Positions 1 to 7,158 of a stretch of DNA of 7,277 nt are shown one piece after another. The stretch's first letter is position 1; every line of letters starts with the position of its first letter. The DNA comes from Zygophlyctis sp. KS116 (lineage: Eukaryota; Fungi; Chytridiomycota), in the NCBI GenBank assembly GCA_054661495.1, contig BAAFSQ010000409.1:1-7277 (forward strand), given 5' to 3'. Position numbers and translations under genes: made by a program. The notes beneath the pieces were generated by a model, which did not search any database, had not been told where the DNA came from, and was given only the letters and a program-made list of their open reading frames with translations.

Positions 1-387
1 AAAATTAATAAATTGAATTGCTGGCCATATAGTCCAATTAGTTTTTAATACATCCCAATAGACCAACTTTAATTTTTCATAACTTGAGTCAACTGAAATC
101 CCTTGTAGTGCATCTTGCATTCCAAAGAAAAATGCAATTCCAATTGGTGACCATACAAACTGATCCAATGCCACTTTTGAAACCACTCCTAACGTTCCTT
201 TTATTGGCAATTTATTCAAAGCCTTGTACCAAATTGCCAGAGCAGGACCAACAAAAGTTGATCCAAATATAAAAAACCTTGTAGATCTCTTTAAATCCCT
301 TTTTCCTTCTATTGTCTGAGCTATAAAATCCCCAGTCATACTAAGAATCCCCGCAGACACTGATTGAAATAGTATTGGATATCTCAT
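1..387 (-). CDS. SYM1: Mpv17/PMP22 family membrane protein (SYM1/MPV17-like); 3' end runs off the window
   Basis: Absent from the ORF track because it has no stop in the window. Manual translation from ATG at 387 is open to position 1: MRYPILFQSVSAGILSMTGDFIAQ...RSTRFFIFGSTFVGPALAIWYKAL...KVALDQFVWSPIGIAFFF...YWDVLKTNWTIWPAIQFINF. The GD.IAQ, GP...WY, K...DQ and NW..WP..Q.INF motifs are hallmarks of Mpv17/PMP22. Confidence 0.9.
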   Translation of the reverse strand, partial: MRYPILFQSVSAGILSMTGDFIAQTIEGKRDLKRSTRFFIFGSTFVGPALAIWYKALNKLPIKGTLGVVSKVALDQFVWSPIGIAFFFGMQDALQGISVDSSYEKLKLVYWDVLKTNWTIWPAIQFINF

Positions 388-403
388 CAAATTTATTAAA
401 TTT

Positions 404-1177
404 CTAAATTTCCAGCCATACTTTGCCTTGATTCTTAGACAATTGATCTAAAAAATACAATTCTTGATTTATCTGACAATCATCATCCAGTCCCAACTCA
501 ACATCATTCATTAAATCGTGATATTGAATTTCCTGTAGATATTTGTTATATCTTCTGATCTGTTGTCTGATCCATTTATAAAACCAATACAGATTAAGAG
601 GAAATACTCCTATTGCCATCATATAATACATATTAGAAGGATAGAGAATGTATAAAAAGTAAATGTAGATTGAATGTAGAAAGATTCTTGTAGTAAAAAA
701 GAGAAATCCAAATAGTAGATCTCTTCTTTGAGATTTGATCAAGTATCCAAATCCAAGAACTATTGTTGGTAGTTCTTGGAATCCAACAATAACAAATAGA
801 GCAGACACGTTCCAAGATATTATATAGTACAAGTATGTAAAATACATCAAATGATGAATGTATCCAGTGACTTTAGTGATCTCTTTTGGATAATAAATAA
901 GTCCAAGAAATATATCTGCAAATGTATAACTCTGAAAGTAAATAGCAATTATTCTGGTCCATCCAGTGTCTGGTACAAAGTCTGAAAGTGATAGATTATA
1001 AATAAGAGGTATAATAAGGCATAGAGAAGCCAAAGACATTATAACAGAAGCGATCAGTGTCAATATCCAACTTCTCTTTGCTGTTGTTGTAAATAAGAAG
1101 GGAAAACTGTTTGTGCACAGGATAAACATTCCTGTTTGGCTCATTAGACATAGTAAGAATATTAAGAGGTCATTCAT
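404..1177 (-). CDS. TLC (TRAM/LAG1/CLN8) domain multi-pass membrane protein, TLCD4/TMEM56-like
   Basis: 257-aa hydrophobic ORF with about 6-7 TM segments and TLC-type motifs Y..AD...G, YIHH, ELPT, FF..RI and LN.YWF. The exact C-terminus is uncertain (see findings). Confidence 0.75.
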   Translation of the reverse strand: MNDLLIFLLCLMSQTGMFILCTNSFPFLFTTTAKRSWILTLIASVIMSLASLCLIIPLIYNLSLSDFVPDTGWTRIIAIYFQSYTFADIFLGLIYYPKEITKVTGYIHHLMYFTYLYYIISWNVSALFVIVGFQELPTIVLGFGYLIKSQRRDLLFGFLFFTTRIFLHSIYIYFLYILYPSNMYYMMAIGVFPLNLYWFYKWIRQQIRRYNKYLQEIQYHDLMNDVELGLDDDCQINQELYFLDQLSKNQGKVWLEI

Positions 1178-1221
1178 TCTCTTTTAAAATCAGATAATAG
1201 AACCCTATTTTAACGTAAGTC

Positions 1222-2478
1222 TTAATCTTGTTTCTTGTCTGCACCGAGCGCATTTAATCTTTCTACTAGAGTTGGATGAGAATGATGCCAAGCAGAGAAC
1301 CAAGGATCTGGATTCATATTTCCTAAATTTTCAATATTGAGTTTAATAAGACCAGATTTTAAATGAGCTTCATATCCAAGAGATTTTGCAAATGAATCTG
1401 CTTGATATTCAAAAGTACGAGACAGAATAGCAAAAAGAAAAGATAATACTTCTTCTACAGGTGCATAGAGATAAGAAAACAGTAAAAATCCAATAATTAC
1501 TGGACTTTCTTTAAATCCAAAAGATTCAAATAATGGATTATACCATAGAGCAAAACCAACCAAATAATACATTATAAAAGAATGCAGATTAGAGAATACT
1601 AAATTCTTCAAAATATGATTTAATTTCCAATGTCCAAGTTCATGAGCTAAAACAGCAAAAGTTTCTTCATTTGTACTAGATTCTAATAAAGTATCAAAGA
1701 GAACAATTCTCTTATTCTTAAAGAACCCAAAGAAATACGCATTTGAATGTCCTGATCTCTTGGAACCATCCACTACAAATATTTTAGTAAGAGGGAAATC
1801 AATCTTTTTAGCAAGAGCGTTAATTCCAGACTTTAATTCTCCTTCTTCCAAAGGAGTAAAAGTATTAAAAAGAGGTTGAATTAGAGTAGGATAAATCATT
1901 ATCAAAATAACTTGAAAGATTAGCATAAAAGTCCAAAGATAAATATAAAAATCTCTTCCTGTTGCTCTTACAATAAGAATCACAGCACTTAGTACAGGAC
2001 CTCCAATACAAATTCCTAGTATTATTCCTTTTATCGTATCCATAAAAAATAGTCCCAAAGTCTGCTTATTAAACCCATGCTTCTCTTCAACAACAAAAGT
2101 AGAATAGAGTGAAAATGGCAATTTAGCAACAATAGAAAATATAGTATATATCAAGACAAATACACAAGATATTTTAATTTCTGTTGCAGAGAAATTCAAA
2201 TATTCTAAAACTTTAGCCGATAAATTCCAGAAAAATGAATATCCATTTTCTGTTATCAGTAGAGCAGAAATTATAAAAGAATATAAATCGGACACAAACT
2301 TTACTCTCGATTTATCTTTAGAATAAGCTCTAGAGTTATCAAAAACCTTTTGCTTGACATATCCTTTGAGAGCAACGGGAACTTTAGATTCTGCTAGCTT
2401 ATTATACTGCCGATAGTCTAGATATACATTCCAGAGATAAATGAGCGTTGAGATTGAAAGGGCGACTTGTTTGATCAT
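1222..2478 (-). CDS. STE24: CAAX prenyl protease 1 (Ste24/ZMPSTE24, peptidase M48A), 418 aa, intronless
   Basis: YLDYRQ, TFVVEEKHGFNKQT, DGSKRSGHSNAYFFG, KRIVLFDTLL, zinc motif HELGH, EYQAD, HSHPTLVERL and a C-terminal KKQD (KKXX ER-retrieval signal). Start placed at ATG 2478 rather than the TTG at 2505 used by the ORF track. Confidence 0.97.
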   Translation of the reverse strand: MIKQVALSISTLIYLWNVYLDYRQYNKLAESKVPVALKGYVKQKVFDNSRAYSKDKSRVKFVSDLYSFIISALLITENGYSFFWNLSAKVLEYLNFSATEIKISCVFVLIYTIFSIVAKLPFSLYSTFVVEEKHGFNKQTLGLFFMDTIKGIILGICIGGPVLSAVILIVRATGRDFYIYLWTFMLIFQVILIMIYPTLIQPLFNTFTPLEEGELKSGINALAKKIDFPLTKIFVVDGSKRSGHSNAYFFGFFKNKRIVLFDTLLESSTNEETFAVLAHELGHWKLNHILKNLVFSNLHSFIMYYLVGFALWYNPLFESFGFKESPVIIGFLLFSYLYAPVEEVLSFLFAILSRTFEYQADSFAKSLGYEAHLKSGLIKLNIENLGNMNPDPWFSAWHHSHPTLVERLNALGADKKQD

Positions 2479-2634
2479 TTTAATCTGCCGAGTCCTACAA
2501 GACAAGGCGTATGTCCCTGCGTAGTTCCCTCTGTAGGTCCCTGGGTTATGTCGGTTGGATCATAGGTCTTGACACAGACGGTCGGTAGGTGTCATGATTT
2601 GGCCGTCTTGAGTCATTCGTGCGGAAATTTCCAA
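2479..2634. promoter_or_regulatory. Putative bidirectional promoter between STE24 (-) and DENND6 (+)
   Basis: 156-bp head-to-head spacer, visibly richer in GC and CpG than the flanking CDS. Contains repeated motifs, two GTCGGT copies and TGAGTCA (2609-2615, AP-1/Gcn4-type). Function inferred from position. Confidence 0.6.
2508..2543. repeat. Degenerate 3 x 12-bp tandem repeat
   Basis: CGTATGTCCCTG / CGTAGTTCCCTC / TGTAGGTCCCTG. Confidence 0.7.
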
Positions 2635-5023
2635 ATGTCAAATTATCAAAGGAGGGAATCCACTAGTTCCATAGACTCAATATGGATGGCTGATTCTCAA
2701 GAGTTGATCGCTTCTTGTAATTATTGCATTTAATAGAAAAGCACCGGCAAATTATTTAATTACTGATATCCAAGAAATTAATATTAATAATCTGGGATTG
2801 GAATCAGAGATCGAAACTCTAATGGAAAATGTAGTAAATAATCAATTAAATCCGAATAATCATCAAATTACAAATGAAACGTTATCAAAAATACATTTAG
2901 GAAAATTATGGCAGTGGGTGACTTGTTTTATAGCCATGGATTTTGATATGGATACTGGTCCAAGTTTAGAAGTGGTTTTTCCACCAATTGAATTTACAAG
3001 TGAAGAGAAAAAATCTCTTGCTTTTTTATCATTTCCAGACTCTAATACAAACGATCATCTAGGTGACTCGCAATTCTCTTTTAGAATAAAGAGTCCACAA
3101 GTAATCAAATCAATTTATTCAGAATCTAAAACTCCAGATTGGGCAAATACAGATTTGGGACTTCCAGTTGAAAATGATGGGATGATTTATGGTTTTGTTT
3201 ATTTTAGAATGAAGAGAGATTCTGAAAGGAAAAGAGGATATTTTCAGGTGCGTTTAGATTTTTTTAACAAATGGTAGAAATCTCTAGTGATGTTGACTCC
3301 ACATCCTTACTTTACGCTTTTTAAGCATGTCAACAATATTCTAGGTCCAATTTTTATGGATGGATTAGCAAACTGTAAAAATTTAGATCAAGTTATAGCA
3401 TGTGCGATTCCCTTATTTGAAATTGCATCTTATAATATCTCATCATGGTAAATTTTCAAGCTTTAAAAATAATTAGGCCATTTCGTCCGTCCTTACTTAT
3501 TTCAGAGCTACATTTAAATATTCCAATTCCTTTAACCTTGCCTTTTTTAGGAACTGCGCTTTATGTACAGATGCCAGCGGCTTATAATGTTCCACAGTTT
3601 GATTTCAAAGTTTCAAATGATGTACCGCACTTTTTAGCGTATATATTTAGAATTTTAATATTCTTTAGTTCAAAAATGGGACTTTTTCAAACTTTTTCAG
3701 AGAAATTAGATCAATTGTGGTTATTATGGGAATTAATGGTGATTGGAGAACCTATATTGGTGATTGGTGATACGCCAACAGTTTGTGGGGATGTTATTTG
3801 GTCGTTAATAGAGCTAATTAAACCGGTATTTTACAGTTTCATTTTAACTCAAGATACCATATGGTGGAGATTTTAGGCCTTATTTTAATATACAAGATCC
3901 AGACTTTCGTAGAATAACCTCAAAAAATACGGTACCTTTTTCACTAATTAAAATACAGGCAGCTCCAAATGGTGTAATTATTGGAGTCTCAAATCGGGTT
4001 TTTGACAATTTACTAGATCATTGGCCTCATACATTGCGAATTTGTAGAAAAGGAGTTCAAGGAGAAAAATATAGAAGGAAAAGTAAAACATCTGTACCAT
4101 CAAAATTGATGAATTTTTTATACTCTATGGAAATTGATACAAAATACAAATCTATTGTCAAAAAAGATCCCTCCTTATTGAAGAAAATAACAGAAAGAAT
4201 TGTTGAAAATTCTTCAGTTGACGTTATGGATCTTATCATTCAAAGGCATTTTGTGGAGCTTACTGATCGTTTTATGCAGCCATTCAATCGCTTTTTCCAT
4301 TCTTGTGTTGTTGGAAACCCATTAGAGATGGATTTGATAAATTTGACGAGCCACCCAGAAATCAAATCATTTGCGACTGAACAATTTTTAACAAAACTAC
4401 GGGAATATCGTCCCACTCTTCCCGTCAAAACCAGAAAATCAATAGATCACCTTTATCAAGCATTCCTGTCTTCTTGTAATTTTGCATCATGGGTACAATT
4501 TAGAACAGCAGATATCAATAGACAATGGCGACAGATATATCATGAGCTTTTATGCGCTAGCGACATAGAAAAATGGACAAAAGAAAGAAAATTACTGAAT
4601 TGTGAATCAGATTCAATCAGGCTCTACTATTTAATCCAATCAGAAATAGTAAGTATATCTTTGACTGATGCATAGGATAAATATAAGCCCTTTTTTCGAT
4701 CTTATCCAACTACAGCACAGTACAATAGCATACCTGGACTGCCTTCACTTTTAATCACTGATGCAGAATCAGAAAAAACAGTTCCTTCAAAATTATCCAT
4801 TGATACAAGTCAAACAGAAAAAAATATATCTCTGGAAAAGATTAGCCCTGAAAACTCTTCATCAACACCTTGCAGTCCGACTAGAAAAAGCATTAAATCT
4901 CTAAAAAAGCTTGGAGAATTAATTCCAACTCCTAATCAATATCAGAAACTACTTTCTCAATTAAATATTCTTTATACGAATCTTCCTGATAATTTTCGGA
5001 CAAGTTTGCAAAATACGGAATAA
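2635..5023 (+). CDS. DENND6: DENND6 (FAM116) family DENN-domain Rab GEF, about 730 aa; join(2635..2716,2742..3247,3278..3447,3477..3638,3669..3825,3854..3931,3959..4648,4676..5023)
   Basis: Splicing restores family motifs across the junctions: FD.D.GP..E..FP, AFLSFPDSN, RGYFQ|KSLV, SW|PF, LWELMVIGEPILV, KP|IPYGGDFRPYF.IQD, GV.IGVSN, HWPH, RHFVELTDRFMQP, F.SSCNFASW and a terminal LPDNFR. The first exon is less certain; the alternative start is ATG 2822. Confidence 0.9.
2717..2741 (+). other. Candidate 25-nt intron (DENND6 intron 1)
   Basis: GTAATT...TTTAAT...AAG joins the ATG-2635 exon in frame with the downstream ORF. An alternative, 2703-2736 (34 nt, GTTGAT..TAG), also restores frame. No homology support here. 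Confidence 0.5.
3248..3277 (+). other. 30-nt spliceosomal intron
   Basis: GTGCGT...TTTAAC...TAG; removal gives the conserved RGYFQKSLV. Confidence 0.93.
3448..3476 (+). other. 29-nt spliceosomal intron
   Basis: GTAAAT...TAG; removes an in-frame TAA, corrects the frame and gives the conserved WP. Confidence 0.9.
3639..3668 (+). other. 30-nt in-frame, stop-less candidate intron
   Basis: GTATAT...TTTAAT...TAG, very AT-rich; if retained it inserts a hydrophobic YIFRILIFFS-like segment. Confidence 0.7.
3826..3853 (+). other. 28-nt spliceosomal intron
   Basis: GTATTT...TTTAAC..AAG; removal corrects the frame to KPIPYGGDFRPYF. Confidence 0.92.
3932..3958 (+). other. 27-nt in-frame, stop-less candidate intron
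   Basis: GTACCT...ACTAAT...CAG; removal restores DENND6-like spacing between DFRPYF and GVSN. Confidence 0.8.
4649..4675 (+). other. 27-nt spliceosomal intron
   Basis: GTAAGT...ACTGAT..TAG; removal opens a 115-codon final exon ending at TAA 5021-5023. Confidence 0.92.
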
Positions 5024-5058
5024 TCATTAGTAGATCTGCAAAACAATAATTATTTAAA

Positions 5059-5560
5059 TTATGAAGGTTTAATTTCTAGTAAATCTGATAAATCAACCGT
5101 TTTTCCAATCTGGCCATCTTTAAAATCTAGCATACATTCCTTAAAAGCTTGAAAGTCGCCTAATGATGCCAAAAGTTCAAATATTTCACCGTCCAGTTCT
5201 TTTTGATCTCTAGATTTTAGCATTTTCAAGAAATCTGGCATATTAAACCATGGATTTTTCTCTTTGAGTTTGTTCTGTATAAATGATTCTATTAGATTTG
5301 TCTAGAGATTTAATTGCAGATCATTCATACATATTCCATAAAGATTGGTGTATATTCCAGTTTATTTTCTTCGGTATGATCAAACCTTGCATAATGTCGC
5401 ATGAAAAAATCATTCTGTAGCTTTAAAAATTCATCATCTAGCAATAGATCCTCTAGATCGCCAATGATCGTATCGAATTTTTCATCTTTTAGCGATTTAT
5501 ATGATATATCAATGTTTGATTCTATTGTTAATGTCACAATCTACCTTTAAGCGACATCAT
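5059..5560 (-). CDS. ARL2BP: ARL2-binding protein (BART domain), 149 aa; complement(join(5059..5301,5331..5521,5545..5560))
   Basis: FDTIIGDLEDLLLDDEF..LQ..F......F...EENKLEYTPIF.EY|TNLIE.FI...L...GEIFELL.SL.DF.AFKE.MLD is the ARL2BP/BART signature. The ORF-track start (GTG 5537) lies inside a predicted intron; spliced start is MMSLK|ESNID. Confidence 0.92.
5302..5330 (-). other. 29-nt spliceosomal intron
   Basis: GTATGA...ATTAAA...TAG; removal joins EY to TNLIE in frame. Confidence 0.93.
5522..5544 (-). other. 23-nt spliceosomal intron
   Basis: GTAGATTGTGACATTAACAATAG; supplies an upstream in-frame ATG (5560 or 5557). Confidence 0.8.
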
Positions 5561-5644
5561 CGTCGCAGAGTTCGCGTTATCGTGTTTAAACGCGAACTTT
5601 GCCCGAACCGACAACGCAGACAACCGACTGCTAAAGGATTTCTA
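5561..5644. promoter_or_regulatory. 84-bp putative bidirectional promoter between ARL2BP (-) and ALDH (+)
   Basis: CpG-dense head-to-head spacer with a perfect 10-bp inverted repeat (5569-5578 / 5589-5598) and two AACCGAC copies (5606-5612, 5622-5628). Confidence 0.6.
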
Positions 5645-7009
5645 ATGAACCAACTACTAGATTCTGCTCAGAGTTCCTTTGATCAATGGAAAAAAACTTC
5701 TCTGGACGAACGGATAGAGATTTTAGTGAAATTTATTACAATTTTTGTTCAAAATAAGGATGAAATCGCCAAAGAGTTGTCTTTGCTGATCAAGCGCCCA
5801 TTAAAGTATAACTACAATGAAGTCAAAGGGTTCGAAGAAAGAGCCATACATATGATCCATATTGCTAGAGCCGCATTGGAAGATGTTCAGGTTCCAGAAA
5901 AGAAGGGATTTATTCGCAAGATCTCAAAAGAACCACTCGGAATCGTTTTTATAATTGGTGCTTGGAACTATCCGTATCTAACAACTATAAATTCATTAAT
6001 ACCCGCCCTTTTGGCTGGGAATTCTGTGATAATGAAACATGCCCCTCAAACATGGGATTGTAAATACTTTTTATTAAAAGAAATAGGCGCAGATCAATAT
6101 GCCAAGGCATTAAAGGCAGCAGGTCTTCCAGATGGCATTTTTACTCCTGTCCGTATCGATCATGCTCAAGCTGCGGATATTTTAAAGGATAAGAGAGTCA
6201 AACATGTTCAATTCACAGGATCAGTAAGAGGAGGAAAAGAGGTTTCTTCGATTTTAGCTTCAAACAACTTTACTGCATCCATATCTTTGGAATTGGGAGG
6301 AAATGATGCTGCTTATGTTAGAGCTGATGCAGATTTAGATTTTGCAGTAGAAAATATTGTTGACGGTGCATTTTACAACTCTGGTCAATCATGTTGTGGA
6401 GTTCAAAGAGTATACGTTGATTCATCAATTTATAATGATTTTCTGAAAAAAGCTGTGGATGAAACAAATGTATTCTATTTGAATTAATCGTAGAAATATA
6501 AGCTGGGGGATCCTTTTGATCAAAATAGTACTCTAGGGCCTTTAATTAGTGTGGAAGCAGCAAATAATGTTCGAGAAGCTATAGCTGATGCTGTTTCTAA
6601 AGGTGCTAAACTAGCTATAAATGAATCTGATTTTGGTCTATCTAAACCTGGATCTGCATACGTCGCACCGCAAATTCTTTTCTCGGTAAATGAATCCATG
6701 AAAATTGTAAATGATGAAGTTTTTGGTCCTGTTATGGCTATAATTCCTGTTTCGAGTGATCAAGAAGCTATAAGTAAAATTAACGATAGTAGATATGGTT
6801 TAACGGCGTCTATTTGGACTAAAAATGTGGCTATGGTTGACTTAATTGCGGATAAAATAGAGGTGGGCACTGTTTTTATGAATCGCTGTGACTATTTGGA
6901 TCCCGCACTTGCGTGGATTGGAGTGAAAGAGTCTGGAAAAGGATTAGCACTTTCTGAACTATGTTTTAATTCTTTTGTCAGATTTCAGTCACGGCACTAT
7001 CGCATATAG
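5645..7009 (+). CDS. NAD(P)-dependent aldehyde dehydrogenase, 437 aa; join(5645..6059,6087..6469,6494..7009)
   Basis: EPLG...IGAWNYPY, GNSVIMKH, FTGS, catalytic Glu in LELGG, catalytic Cys in NSGQSCC, EVFGPV, YGLTASIWT and FMNRCDYLDPALAW. From memory, the last motif is typical of the uncharacterised ALDH_EDX86601-like subfamily. Substrate unknown. Confidence 0.95.
6060..6086 (+). other. 27-nt in-frame, stop-less intron
   Basis: GTAAAT...ATTAAA...TAG; removal gives PQTWDCADQYAKALKAAGLP, matching family spacing (PQT..C.E.F...F..AGLP). Confidence 0.85.
6470..6493 (+). other. 24-nt spliceosomal intron
   Basis: GTATTC...ATTAAT..TAG; removes in-frame stops and gives ETN|KYKLGDPFDQNSTLGPL. Confidence 0.93.
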
Positions 7010-7158
7010 TGTATAGCTGTACTTCTAAAAGTTGTTTTGGATGAATGTGGATTATCAAATATACATCAAGTAATATAATATGTGATTTTTAATAAATTTT
7101 GAGCGATCACCATTTAAGCAATGATTATTAAAGAGAAATTATTAATCAATAACCAGGT

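Noticed and set aside
84-272. 62-aa plus-strand ORF
   Set aside because: TTG start; antisense shadow of the Mpv17 CDS.
404-421. 18-nt GTATGG..TAG intron at the end of the TLC gene
   Set aside because: Shorter than any supported intron, has no branch motif and does not join a meaningful frame.
633-815. 60-aa minus-strand ORF
   Set aside because: Alternative frame inside the TLC gene with no recognisable motifs.
2508-2543. CRISPR-like or transposon-end repeat
   Set aside because: Only three contiguous degenerate 12-mers, with no spacers, transposase or target-site duplication.
2490-2620. TPP riboswitch, snoRNA or tRNA in the GC-rich spacer
   Set aside because: A minus-strand CGCAGGGA resembles a TPP 3' end, but there is no CTGAGA core, no C/D box pair and no cloverleaf.
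2717-2736. 20-nt intron GTAATT..TAG
   Set aside because: Splicing it creates an immediate TAA; the 25-nt or 34-nt alternatives keep the frame.
4057-4428. Two short minus-strand ORFs
   Set aside because: Antisense shadows of a DENND6 exon.
5501-5644. 48-aa Arg-rich N-terminal extension of ALDH overlapping ARL2BP
   Set aside because: No ALDH similarity; it is the antisense of ARL2BP exons plus the CpG-rich spacer. ATG 5645 is preferred, though a targeting peptide cannot be fully excluded.
2798-7009. Fragmented ORFs read as pseudogenes, frameshifting, stop readthrough or an alternative genetic code
   Set aside because: Every break coincides with a GT-AG segment whose removal restores frame and conserved motifs, and genes end on normal TAA/TAG.
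5645-7009. Recent bacterial horizontal transfer of the ALDH
   Set aside because: It has host-type introns and base composition, and as far as I recall the subfamily also occurs in fungi. Only a phylogeny could show an ancient transfer.
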